From positions 16,406,439 through 16,447,721 of the forward strand of contig NC_068991.1 of assembly GCF_001194135.2 (NCBI RefSeq): 41,283 nt of DNA, written 5' to 3'. Source of the stretch: Octopus bimaculoides. Lineage: Eukaryota. The notes beneath the pieces are model-generated. The model was not told where the DNA came from. It worked only from the letters and a program-made list of their open reading frames with translations, and did no database searches. Numbering within the stretch: position 1 is the stretch's first letter; each line of letters starts with the position of its first letter. Shown here piece by piece: positions 11,544-22,945 of the stretch. The position numbers and the translations under genes were made by a program.

Positions 11544-12050
11544 GGGAGAATTCACAAAAAAAAACAACAGACGAAGACAGGTGGTATTGAAAACAAATAG
11601 ATGTATTAGTATAACGCTCAGGAATTGAGAAAGTCTTTAACGTTTCGAGCCTACGCTCTTCTACAGAAAGGAACACGGAAAGAAACAAAGAGAGAAACAA
11701 ATAGAGAAAAAAATGTGTGTAGTGGTCAGCGATCTATCATGACACACACATTCAGAATTTGAGGAAGCAATATCCACGTAAGGGATTGTTAAAAACAATC
11801 CTGATGCCACCTGGGTTTAACCAAATATATTGATAGGGAGATCATCAATAATATATGTGTGTATAAACAGTCTCATAAAATTAAGAAGTCAATAAAAGAA
11901 AATGGAGGAGAAAAATTTAAAAGATGCTTGGTCTGTTTTATTTGTATTGCAATTGGAAAAGCAATGCAAATTAAGAGATGAAAAAATATACCTATAAGAG
12001 TATAAAAGGAACCGCCTCAACCAACAAAATAACTCCAAAATATCCACCCC
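11544..12050 (-). mobile_element. PLE-like repeat ending in CCC-(TA)n and carrying a variant hammerhead
   Basis: Terminus TATATA-GGGAGAATTCAC on the plus strand; HHR-like motif at 11635-11670; distal boundary uncertain. Confidence 0.5.
11635..11670 (-). ncRNA. Minimal hammerhead-like motif with A6U core variant
   Basis: CTTT-CTGTAGA-A-GAGC(GTAG)GCTC-GAAA-CGTT-AAAG: stems I and II intact, palindromic ACGT stem III, core CUGUAGA instead of CUGANGA. Confidence 0.5.
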
Positions 12051-12126
12051 ACCACCAAAACAAAAAAAAAAACGATATTCTACATACATATATATGTTTC
12101 GATATAACAATATTTAAGAATCATAT

Positions 12127-12497
12127 ACATGTATTGCTTGCTTCAGTCATCGGACTGTTTCCATGCTGGAGCACAGGCATAAAAGGCTTAGTCGAACAAA
12201 TCGACCGAAGTACTTTTTTCTTTTTAAGTCTGGTGCTTATTCCACCAGATTCTATTGCCGAACCGCTAAGTTAATACGACGTGAATACCCCAACACCAGT
12301 TATCAAGCGATGCTCCCCCCCCCACACACACACATGACTGGTTTCTTTCAGTTTCCGTCTACCAAATCTGCCCACAAAGCTTTGGTCAGTTCGGGGCTAT
12401 GGTAGAAGACACTTGCCCAAGGTGCCACGCAGTGGGACTGAACCTGAAACCATCCAGACCATTGGGAAGCAAATTTCTTACTACACAACCATGCCTA
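12127..12497 (-). mobile_element. SINE family B (tRNA head + CORE-like domain), near full length
   Basis: Reverse complement: AGGCATGGTTGTGTAGTAAG...GGTTCAGTCCCACTGCGTGGCACCTTGGGCAAGTGTCTTCT...GGAAACTGAAAG...CCAGCATGG...ATGACTGAAGCAAG. Confidence 0.9.
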
Positions 12498-12500
12498 TGG

Positions 12501-12558
<58 letters not shown>

Positions 12559-13044
12559 TATGTTTTAATGTATGTATGTAAGTATGCATGTATGTAGTGA
12601 AAAGGTGTGAAAGTGGGAGGGGAAGAAAGAAAGAAGGAAAAACGTAAGTTTGGAAGAATAAAAGAAATAATGATATAAAGATTGAAAGATAAGAAAAGCT
12701 CACCAGAATGTTGACAAAAATACTGAAAAGATAGAAACAAACAAACAGAAAAACCTGTTTTAAAAAAAGGCGAAGAAAAATGGCGTTACCAAAGAAAAAA
12801 AACACAACTAAAAGACAGTAACATATAGAGGGATGGAAAAGAAAAGAGAGAAGGGGAAGTGAGGGAAAGAGGGGTAGAGGGAGGGAGGAAGGGAGTGAAA
12901 GGGCTAAACCAGTGAAGTTCCACAATCAGAAGAAACTAACAGTCAACGTGTTTCCTTGATGAAGAAATGTAACTTCGAAGAGATATATGTTCTGTCAGAT
13001 CAAAAGCAACATTTTAGGAACGAACTGAGTTTAATTTTACGAGC

Positions 13045-13245
13045 AAACGAGGGAACCGCTATATGGTAGCTCGATCTGGTAGAAACGGCTGTCAAATCTG
13101 CCTCAAACTGCACCCCTACTATTTTTATTTATTTATTTATTTATTTATTTTGAGGAGATACTGGATAATGTTGTCTTCGGTTCCTTGCACATAGGACAAA
13201 TATGGAATGGTTGCAGCTGGAATGTCCTTGATCAGAAAGGGTTAA
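13045..13245 (-). mobile_element. Family C repeat, degenerate
   Basis: GGAATGGTTGCAGCTGGAATGTCCTTGATCAG and CAAATCTGCCTCAAACTGCACCCCTAC. Confidence 0.55.
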
Positions 13246-13589
13246 ACAGTTTTTTGTTTGTTCGTTTGTTTGTTTGCTTGTTTTACGAACTAAAGACAAA
13301 GACTTCGAAGGAGTCAAACAATTTGTTACAAATTTCAACCAATTCTTATTCGAGATTTTTAATATATGAAGGATAGATTAGTTAATGAAGTTTTTTTAGC
13401 AGGGTAAAAAAGGAATATAGACTCCGGAAAATTGAGAAATACTTGCAGATATAAAGAAAAAAAAAAAAGAATATACAGGAAATAAAGTCAGGCGACGAAG
13501 GAATCTTCTGCACGTTACATACATACAACTTATCGTAATAACAACCAATTCTTCCCCAAATCACACTCCTGAATCTTAAAAACCTTATT

Positions 13590-13840
13590 TAATTAGCGTG
13601 TAAGTGGCTGAGTAATCACAAACACTTGAGCTCTTAACGCAGTCTCCAAGTAGTTTCGATGTGACACAATATGTAACAAGGCTGGAGCTTCTGAAATACA
13701 GAAACAATCCATCTGGAGGGCTTCGAAACAGTTTCCGTCAACGTAATTTTACTCACAATCTTCTAAGGTTCACACTTACCCAAGATGCCACACAGTAGTA
13801 TCATCGAACCTGATACCTCGTGATTGCAGAGCCATGCCGT
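13590..13840 (-). mobile_element. Old degenerate SINE (CORE-like domain plus D-type tail)
   Basis: ACTTACCCAAGATGCCACACAGT..ATCGAACC; GTAAGTGGCTGAGTAATCACAAACAC. Confidence 0.5.
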
Positions 13841-14029
13841 GTCCATTCTACTTGTCTTGGAGATCCCCACACTCCAAAGAAGATGAGATGATCATAAATG
13901 AGGTTCCTTTGATTATATAATAGTTCATCCGCATGACCAGACATGACCGAGGGTTAAAAACATAGCACACGAAACAGAAACATTTGCTGTTGATTTGTTT
14001 TCATTGTGGCACCTTAGGGACCTAGCTTA

Positions 14030-14275
14030 GGAACCTAGCTTTCTACACGGTTATTCGACTTTATAGACACAACCGCCAATATAGCTCTCAAATCACATCC
14101 TACCGTTTTTAGGAAAAACAAAACAAAATCAAAACATAAGCAAAAAAAAAAAAAAAAAATAGAAGGACGCGGACAATGAAATCTTATATTTCTTTAAAAA
14201 TTGGAATGGTCATGGCTGGAACGTCTTTTGATATAGGTCAGCTCGGTCAGATCTGTCTTGTAACTAACTAAACAG
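14030..14275 (-). mobile_element. Family C repeat
   Basis: CTCTCAAATCACATCCTACCGTTTTTAGG...GGAATGGTCATGGCTGGAACGTCTTTTGATATAGGTC. Confidence 0.7.
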
Positions 14276-14469
14276 CAGCAAAATTTAACGGCTTTAGCAT
14301 TAACAAACGCTTTGTCTTCTCTTGTTCTTCAAAGTATTCTTCTTTTCCTCTTTTTTCCTTAACATTTTTATTTTGCTTTGTTGTTTGTTTTATTTTTACT
14401 TCTGAAATGTAATTTTGTGTCTTTTTAATTAATTAATTTATTAATTAATTAATTTATTTATTATCTTTT

Positions 14470-14690
14470 ATTTGTTTCAGCCATGCTGAGGTACCACCTC
14501 GAAGGGTATGGTCATACAAATCCACCCAACTACATTCTATTTTTAAAAAGTTTAAAAGTCTGTCACTGATTCTATCGGGCACTTTTGCCGAACTGCTAAG
14601 TTAAGGAGACGCGAACGAACCAACATAGGTCGTTAAGAAGTGATGGGGGTAACAAACGCAAACACACACATACATATATACATACAAATA
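14470..14690 (-). mobile_element. SINE family B, 3' half (degenerate)
   Basis: TTCTATCGGGCACTTTTGCCGAACTGCTAAGTTAAGGAGACG. Confidence 0.75.
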
Positions 14691-14827
14691 GATACATATA
14701 TGTAGACAAACAGACAAACTGACAGATAGATAGATAGATAGATAGATAATATTAATAATATATAGATATGCATACATACACACATATGTACATACATACA
14801 TATGTATGTATATAGGTATGCATATAT

Positions 14828-15360
14828 GGGTACAGGACGTCGCAATTTTTACAGTAGAATGTCTTATATAATTTTTTGTTTGTTCCATGTCAGACCATTC
14901 CTTCCCCCGACAGATAGGCTTCTGATCAGAAAAGATTTGTGTAATTTTTCGCAAAAAAACTTCGTTGAGGATTTTTTCCCTTTTTAAATTATTTACATGA
15001 CTTTATTCATTGAAACTTATTAAAACTTCAGAAGTTTTTACAACTTTGGTCGTGGTAATGCTTTGCTTTTGTTTGTTTAATAAAAATTCCTCCTCGCAAT
15101 GATTTTGCTTTCATTTTGTGATAGACAGCTATCATGCAGAAAATGCCAGCTTCCAAATCCTGCTTTCTGATTAGGTAAAATTGATTAAACTTTGAATCTC
15201 AGGAACATTTTCCTGCAATTTTTCTGGGACAAATAAATAACAAAATCGGATTTAACGCGGAAAATTATTTCAATATACCAAATTTGAAAAGTTTGAGATA
15301 ATTTTAAAATTTCATAATATGTGACAGCACCAGAGAAGACCCAACAAATGTAGAGACAAA
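14828..15360. mobile_element. Repeat beginning ATAT-GGGTACAGGACGTC (terminus shared with 8579)
   Basis: 13 of 14 nt terminal identity with 8579-8592; body unrelated; distal end uncertain. Confidence 0.35.
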
Positions 15361-15474
15361 TAGTTATAAGATGTCACACACGCACGCCCGCACACACAAA
15401 TACACACACACACTTACAAACGTATACACAGGTAATCATGAGTTTAAAATGGTGTATAGTAGACATATGTATGA

Positions 15475-15526
<52 letters not shown>

Positions 15527-15979
15527 ATATATATGTATGTATGTATGTGTGTGTGTGTGTCTCTGTGTGAATGTTTCTTTGCGATGGGCAGCAGAAAAAC
15601 CACCTACCCCCTCTCTTCTTAAAGCTATATATTCCTCACAACCACCTTTCCTTCCCTTCCTTGGAGTTTTAACAGTTACTTATGTGTATGTATGTGTGTG
15701 CAGTGTGTGTGTGTGTGGGTGTGTGTGTGTGTGCAGTGTGTGTGTGTGTGTGTGCGTGTGTACATGTACCTATGTATTTACGAAAGTATATATGCAGAAT
15801 CGCATGTATATCCCTGAATGACAGCTGTATTAACGTTATTACCCCACTGCCACTCCGTATTTGCCGCTTACACAACGCCATTCTCCCTTTCCCTGGTATC
15901 CGCCACACTCACTATGCCACCAATTTCCCTCATACTAACACTTGTACCCTTCTCATTTTATTAAATAATAGCTCACACC

Positions 15980-16125
15980 CACTAGGGGGCCCATTATAGA
16001 TTTTGATTGAAATCCACTTAGCCTGTAATTAGACTGGATGTTAGTTTAACATGTATGCAAAGTTTCGTGAAGATTGGTTCCCTGGCAGCGAGATGGTAAC
16101 AGACAGAAATTGTCATTTATGTATA
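15980..16125 (+). mobile_element. Possible Helentron/HINE-like non-autonomous element 3' end
   Basis: CAAAGTTTCGTGAAGATTGGTTC...ACAGACAGAAATTGTCATTTATGTATA resembles DINE-1/HINE-type 3' ends (recalled pattern). Confidence 0.3.
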
Positions 16126-16139
16126 AAATGTATATATTT

Positions 16140-16366
16140 ATGTGTGTGTCTTTGAGTCCGTGTTTGTCCCCATCACCACCACCACCATCACTTGATAACC
16201 GATGTTGGTGTGTTTACGTCCCCGTAATTTAGCAGTTCGGCAAAAGACCGATAGAATAAATAATAGGCTTAGAAAGAACAAGTCCTGGGGTCGATTTCTT
16301 CGACTAGAAAACCTTGTAAGGCGGTGCTCCAGCACGGTCGCAATCAAATGACTGAAACAAGTAGAA
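16140..16366 (+). mobile_element. SINE family B, 3' half
   Basis: TTTACGTCCCCGTAATTTAGCAGTTCGGCAAAAGACCGATAGAATAA...GGCGGTGCTCCAGCA..CAAATGACTGAAACAAGTA. Confidence 0.9.
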
Positions 16367-16403
16367 GAATATATATATGTGTCTGTGTGTGTGTCTGTGT
16401 ATA

Positions 16404-16490
<87 letters not shown>

Positions 16491-17200
16491 ATGTATGTAT
16501 ATGTATATATATTTATGCATATGTGTATATATGTATATAGATATATATGTATATACATGTAATATATATGCACACGTATATATTTGTATGTAAGTATGTA
16601 TGTATAAATACTAGACTTGGTTGACGCACGAAAACAACAGCAATATCAGTTGGTTAATTAGCCACAAATACTATGCTGGGATAAATACCACAAGAGATAA
16701 ATGCAGTGGAACAGGAACTGCCGCACCCCTATCGTGTTACTTTGTCACCCTTTGCGGAGACCATTTCTGGAACATACACGCATACAAGAACACACTGAAC
16801 GCTAGAACTAGGGTGATGGGGAAGCAATATATTTAAAACAGTGCTTCTCTTTGGAGGGTAGCTGGGGCCTATAAACGGGGTAGTTCAGTCTGTATATCAG
16901 TCCGGAGCACAGAGAAGCAAGGAGGAGCTTGTGAATATCATACAGGTCTCTTCTCAATAGAAGAAAAGAAATAAAAGAGAAAACAAAAGAAGGAAAAAGG
17001 AACCCCTCAAGCCGTTTTGAATTTTGAGAAGAACTGCCCTGCTGGGGTGTTCAGAGAACAGTCACATTCCGCCTTGGAAAATATTTTCTTCAGAGGCCCT
17101 GGAGGCATACTCCACTCTCACTCTGGGTAGGGGCTTATGAAGACTGCGAAACATCGCGGTCACATTGTTATGTTTAATCAAATTTAAACTATATTAGATA

Positions 17201-17370
17201 TGCGCAGGCATGGCTGTGTGGTAAGTAGCTTGCTTAACAACCACATGGTTCCGCGTTCAGTCTCATTGCGTTGCACCTTGGGCAAGTGTCTTCTACTGTA
17301 GCTTCGAGCCGACCAAAGATTTGTGAGTAGATTTGGTAGACGGAAACTGAAAGAAGCCCGTCGTTTATAT
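17201..17370 (+). mobile_element. SINE family B, 5' half
   Basis: GCGCAGGCATGGCTGTGTGGTAAGTAGCTTGC...GGAAACTGAAAGAAGCCCGTCG. Confidence 0.9.
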
Positions 17371-17399
17371 ATGTATCTTCATGGTGAAGAAAGATATCT

Positions 17400-17585
17400 T
17401 TTACTTATTTCAGTCAATTTAGACTGCGGCCATACTGGGGCACCGCCTTGAAGAATTTTTAGTTGAATGTATCGGCCCCAGTACTTATTTTTTAAAAGTC
17501 TAGTACTTATTCTATCCGCCTCTTTTACCAAACTGCTTAGTTACGGGGACCAGCACCGGTTATCAAGTGGTAGTGCTGGGACAAA

Positions 17586-17624
<39 letters not shown>

Positions 17625-17785
17625 CGGGCCTCTTTTAGTTTCCGTGGACGAAATCTACTCACAAGGCTTTGATCGGCCCGGGGTTATAGAAGAAGACACT
17701 TGCCCAAGGGGCCATGTAGTGGGACTGGACCTGGAACTATGGGGGTTGAGAAGCAAGCTTCTTACCACACAGCTACATCTGCGCC
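17400..17785 (-). mobile_element. SINE family B, full length, inverted relative to 17201
   Basis: All family B blocks present in reverse, with an internal (CA)n. Confidence 0.9.
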
Positions 17786-17827
17786 GATATGGATGTAAAA
17801 TCTAGTTTGTTTTGTCATTAAGAAAGA

Positions 17828-18219
17828 AGTTCGGGTCTGGTGACTTTACTCTTGAAAATCAGCCCCGTGGTAGACCTGAAATAAGGTGGATAATGATGAG
17901 CTGGAAACTCTAATGGAAGCGGATACATCTCAAACTACGCGTGAGTTAGCAGCAAGGTTTGATGTTTCGATTCCAACTGTAATTGGACCTTCTGAAACAA
18001 ACCGGCAGGGTAAAGAAGCTGGACAAGTGGATACCACATGAACTGAAAAAGTACCAAATGACACGTCGTCTTGAATCTTGCTGTTCTTTGCTGTCGTGGC
18101 ATAAAAGTGAACCATTTTTTGCATCGTATTGTTACGTGTGATGAAAAGTGGTTTATTTTCAACAATAGCAAGCGTTCTGCACGGTGGATGGAGAGAGATG
18201 AAGTGCCAAAACAGAATCC
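17828..18219 (+). pseudogene. Mariner (DD34D) transposase fragment, frameshifted, cut by a gap
   Basis: Translation: GDFTLENQPRGRP..DNDELETLMEADTSQTTRELAARFDVS..VKKLDKWIPHEL..LHRIVTCDEKW; the WVPHEL-like and TCDEKW motifs are diagnostic. Confidence 0.92.
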
Positions 18220-19149
18220 NNNNNNNNNNNNNNNNNNNNNNNNNNNNNNNNNNNNNNNNNNNNNNNNNNNNNNNNNNNNNNNNNNNNNNNNNNNNNNNNN
18301 NNNNNNNNNNNNNNNNNNNNNNNNNNNNNNNNNNNNNNNNNNNNNNNNNNNNNNNNNNNNNNNNNNNNNNNNNNNNNNNNNNNNNNNNNNNNNNNNNNNN
18401 NNNNNNNNNNNNNNNNNNNNNNNNNNNNNNNNNNNNNNNNNNNNNNNNNNNNNNNNNNNNNNNNNNNNNNNNNNNNNNNNNNNNNNNNNNNNNNNNNNNN
18501 NNNNNNNNNNNNNNNNNNNNNNNNNNNNNNNNNNNNNNNNNNNNNNNNNNNNNNNNNNNNNNNNNNNNNNNNNNNNNNNNNNNNNNNNNNNNNNNNNNNN
18601 NNNNNNNNNNNNNNNNNNNNNNNNNNNNNNNNNNNNNNNNNNNNNNNNNNNNNNNNNNNNNNNNNNNNNNNNNNNNNNNNNNNNNNNNNNNNNNNNNNNN
18701 NNNNNNNNNNNNNNNNNNNNNNNNNNNNNNNNNNNNNNNNNNNNNNNNNNNNNNNNNNNNNNNNNNNNNNNNNNNNNNNNNNNNNNNNNNNNNNNNNNNN
18801 NNNNNNNNNNNNNNNNNNNNNNNNNNNNNNNNNNNNNNNNNNNNNNNNNNNNNNNNNNNNNNNNNNNNNNNNNNNNNNNNNNNNNNNNNNNNNNNNNNNN
18901 NNNNNNNNNNNNNNNNNNNNNNNNNNNNNNNNNNNNNNNNNNNNNNNNNNNNNNNNNNNNNNNNNNNNNNNNNNNNNNNNNNNNNNNNNNNNNNNNNNNN
19001 NNNNNNNNNNNNNNNNNNNNNNNNNNNNNNNNNNNNNNNNNNNNNNNNNNNNNNNNNNNNNNNNNNNNNNNNNNNNNNNNNNNNNNNNNNNNNNNNNNNN
19101 NNNNNNNNNNNNNNNNNNNNNNNNNNNNNNNNNNNNNNNNNNNNNNNNN

Positions 19150-19217
19150 ATATATATTATATATATATATACACATATATATGTGTATATATATATACAC
19201 ATACATATACATATATG

Positions 19218-19258
<41 letters not shown>

Positions 19259-19618
19259 ATATATATTCTCATACATACATACATACATACATACATACAC
19301 ATTCACCTTTTTTTAGTCTCCTAGCAAGCTTATTAGTGTGCATGGGTAGGCTTGAACAATTTCGAATTCATTGGAGCTCTCGGATGGACAGTGCACGAGT
19401 GTATACGAACGCGAGTGTATATGTATACATATATGGAAAAGTTTACACAATCGCATGTTTATATACAAAGACACTAATGTGATTTATATACATCATATAT
19501 ATATACATGCATACACACACACATATATATATACATACATATATATATACATGCATACACACACACATATATATATACATACATATATATATACATGCAT
19601 ACACACACACATATATAT

Positions 19619-19657
<39 letters not shown>
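19150..19657. repeat. Compound (TA)/(CA)/(TACA) satellite including an approximately 42-bp unit x3 (19499-19640)
   Basis: ATATACATGCATACACACACACATATATATATACATACATAT repeated. Confidence 0.85.
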
Positions 19658-19934
19658 NNNNNNNNNNNNNNNNNNNNNNNNNNNNNNNNNNNNNNNNNNN
19701 NNNNNNNNNNNNNNNNNNNNNNNNNNNNNNNNNNNNNNNNNNNNNNNNNNNNNNNNNNNNNNNNNNNNNNNNNNNNNNNNNNNNNNNNNNNNNNNNNNNN
19801 NNNNNNNNNNNNNNNNNNNNNNNNNNNNNNNNNNNNNNNNNNNNNNNNNNNNNNNNNNNNNNNNNNNNNNNNNNNNNNNNNNNNNNAGCGTATATACTTA
19901 TGCTCACATAAATATGTACATACTTACGCACATA

Positions 19935-20290
19935 AACTCATACTCATAGGACCACGCAAAAATGGGATCTTTCTGAATTGACGGGCACCACTTGTTTTCT
20001 TAACGAAACACTTTCAAACTTGGGATACTGGTAGAATGTGTCATATAAAACATCTTTTTCTCTTAACCTTCTTAACAAAAATTTCTATATTGTAAGTTAT
20101 TTCATGTTAAAGTTGTCGTATTTCTGTAATTTCAACCAATGGCTGACGTCTATTCAGCTGAATGCAGTTACTGATGTTTTTGTAAACAATAATTTTTGCC
20201 GGTATCAAGATCGTTATTCCCTGGTAATTAAATCGTTATTCCCTAGTAAGGGTTTAGAGTTTTAGGGTTCGGGTTCGGGTTTTAGAGTCT
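19935..20290. mobile_element. Probable DNA-transposon-derived repeat with telomere-like GGGTT tract
   Basis: Recognised as a recurrent octopus repeat from memory; contains a duplicated TCGTTATTCCCT and AGGGTTTAGAGTTTTAGGGTTCGGGTTCGGGTT. Confidence 0.35.
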
Positions 20291-20520
20291 TGTTATGTTT
20301 TTATAATTAAATATTATTAGGAATTGTGTAAAAACAATTATATTTATATACGTTTATATATTCGTTTTGCAAGATTCTTGATGTGAAATCGTGTGTTGAA
20401 ACAGATGTTGTTGTATTTGGGGATGGTCATGTTGCCGGTTTAGCCAATAAAACACACGCACTATATATTTGGTGTTAATTTGCTTCAGCTTCATTTTATT
20501 TTTTACATTAATCGTATTTC

Positions 20521-20565
20521 GGCCAGAGTTCTTTCGTCACACTTCTGTGACCTCATCAGTGGTCC
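20521..20565 (-). ncRNA. Candidate minimal type I hammerhead ribozyme
   Basis: GGACCA-CTGATGA-G-GTCACA(GAAG)TGTGAC-GAAA-GAACTC|TGGCC: intact core, 6-bp stem II, 2-bp stem III, CUC triplet, stem I with one bulge. Confidence 0.65.
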
Positions 20566-20790
20566 TTTGCTTTCTTCTTTGCTATTTGTGTGTCTTTCCT
20601 ATAAGCAAAAATACTAGTTCTAAAATCTCTCTAAGGGATCAACGCCGTAGTTGTATTGACAAGTGATATTCATAGCCACGAGAAAATGTCCTCTTGGGAT
20701 TAAAAAATCGCAGTTGAGTCCGTTCGAACGGACAGCCATTATATATAAATATACATATATAATGTATGTATGTATGTATGTATGTATATA

Positions 20791-20834
<44 letters not shown>

Positions 20835-21124
20835 CGTGTGTGCGCATATTCTGAGTTTAATTCAGCCAAGACACCAAGGTAATTCACAAAAAAAAAAAAA
20901 TGAACTAAAGCAAAAAATGTCACGAAACGGAGAGATCGGAATGAGACCAGTGTACTCCTATCGATCAAATAAAAGGTTAAGTTTGAAATTCCGATACACA
21001 AGACACTCGAAATAGGCTTGAACGTATAACAGCTGAAACGTAGTGGAATCAACAATGAAAATAAAGACACTAATCAGACAAATAAAAACCAGTATGCATA
21101 ACATACCCCCATTATTTTATGAAG

Positions 21125-21306
21125 GTGGAACGCGAAATAGATAGAGCTATAAATAATGGCATGTAAATATCGGGTTAAGAAAATCCCATGGAGGGAAATG
21201 TCAGAGGCTACCCTTGTTTTTTTGGGGTTTTTTTTTTTCCATCTAAGAATTTTTAACGCAATAGTTATACGCTATTACTTATAGCTTTATCTATTTCACG
21301 TTCCAC
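21125..21306. mobile_element. MITE with about 60-bp imperfect terminal inverted repeats
   Basis: GTGGAACGCGAAATAGATAGAGCTATAAATAAT... versus reverse complement of ...TTACTTATAGCTTTATCTATTTCACGTTCCAC. Confidence 0.75.
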
Positions 21307-21444
21307 TGAAACAAGAAACAAATATTTATTTCGCGTCTCAGAATTTCTGAATTCTTACGACATGAACAAGTCGCATGAAACCGAATCAAGCTCTCTTATG
21401 TTTGTACATGTGTGTGTGTGTACAGATTAAATTAAATCAAGGGT

Positions 21445-21751
21445 ATTGTTGTGTTGGCAATCCGTCGCTTACGACGTCGAGGGTTCCAGTTGATCCGATC
21501 GACGGAACAGCCTGCTCGTGAAATTAACGTGCAAATGGCTGAGCACTCCACAGACAAGTGTACCCTTAACGTAGTTCTCAGGGATATTCAGCGTGACACA
21601 GTGTGACAAGGCTAACCCTTTGAATTACAGGCACAACAGAAACAGGAAGAAACAGTGAGAGAAAGTTGTGGTGAAGGGGTACAGCAGGGTTCGCCACCAT
21701 AACCTGCCGGAGCCTCGTGGAGCTTTAGGTGTTTTCGCGCAATAAACACTC
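21445..21751 (-). mobile_element. SINE family D, head lost in the gap
   Basis: Highly similar to 40678-41038. Confidence 0.9.
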
Positions 21752-22403
21752 NNNNNNNNNNNNNNNNNNNNNNNNNNNNNNNNNNNNNNNNNNNNNNNNN
21801 NNNNNNNNNNNNNNNNNNNNNNNNNNNNNNNNNNNNNNNNNNNNNNNNNNNNNNNNNNNNNNNNNNNNNNNNNNNNNNNNNNNNNNNNNNNNNNNNNNNN
21901 NNNNNNNNNNNNNNNNNNNNNNNNNNNNNNNNNNNNNNNNNNNNNNNNNNNNNNNNNNNNNNNNNNNNNNNNNNNNNNNNNNNNNNNNNNNNNNNNNNNN
22001 NNNNNNNNNNNNNNNNNNNNNNNNNNNNNNNNNNNNNNNNNNNNNNNNNNNNNNNNNNNNNNNNNNNNNNNNNNNNNNNNNNNNNNNNNNNNNNNNNNNN
22101 NNNNNNNNNNNNNNNNNNNNNNNNNNNNNNNNNNNNNNNNNNNNNNNNNNNNNNNNNNNNNNNNNNNNNNNNNNNNNNNNNNNNNNNNNNNNNNNNNNNN
22201 NNNNNNNNNNNNNNNNNNNNNNNNNNNNNNNNNNNNNNNNNNNNNNNNNNNNNNNNNNNNNNNNNNNNNNNNNNNNNNNNNNNNNNNNNNNNNNNNNNNN
22301 NNNNNNNNNNNNNNNNNNNNNNNNNNNNNNNNNNNNNNNNNNNNNNNNNNNNNNNNNNNNNNNNNNNNNNNNNNNNNNNNNNNNNNNNNNNNNNNNNNNN
22401 NNN

Positions 22404-22945
22404 TATGGGCACAGGGCACCATGGGACGTAAACAACACAAAATAAACATAAAATACGAAAACATGGAATACGAACTTTTTTTGCGAACAACGAAAGAAAC
22501 AAACGGAAAACAAGACAAGCAAAACGAAAAAAAATGACCCTTCATCAGTTGTTGGCTGTTTTTCTACTTCGCATTTCACAACAAGATACGTTTTCGACAT
22601 AACAGTTGCTCCCGCAAAGCAAATTAAATAAAATTTAGGATTTTGCGGAGGGTCAAAGTTGGTAACGAAAACAAGGCAGTGAAAACAGACAGGAAACAGC
22701 CATAAACAAAGATAATGATACAGTATAAACTGACGTACGTAGTTTAATATTCCTAGAAGCATTTCGATATGGTTTCCTGATAATAAGAAATTTCTGGGGG
22801 TTTGTAAGGACCGTGCGATGGGAGGGTGACGAGAATGGTTCCTTAGTAGATCACACGGTCGATACAATAAATATAAAATGAATAAGTTCCAGAGAGAAAA
22901 AGAAGACAACCGCGCCAGAGAGAAAAAGGAGACACAACCTCATAG
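22404..22945 (-). mobile_element. PLE-like non-autonomous repeat (same family as 8579)
   Basis: TAT-GGG terminus, CCCTTCATCAGTTG motif and homology to 8579-8850. Confidence 0.6.

Noticed and set aside
12952-12985. TTGATGA-A-GAA..TTC-GAAG HHR-like motif
   Set aside because: Two core mismatches, no stem I or III; compatible with chance
17132-17160. CTTATGAAGACTGCGAAACATC HHR-like motif after a TATA-like CCTATAAA (16868)
   Set aside because: Core mismatch and no stem II; pseudo-LTR interpretation unsupported
21002-21046. HHR-like GGCT..AGCT-GAAACGTA
   Set aside because: The first core half (TCGAAAT) is too degenerate; at most a dead relic
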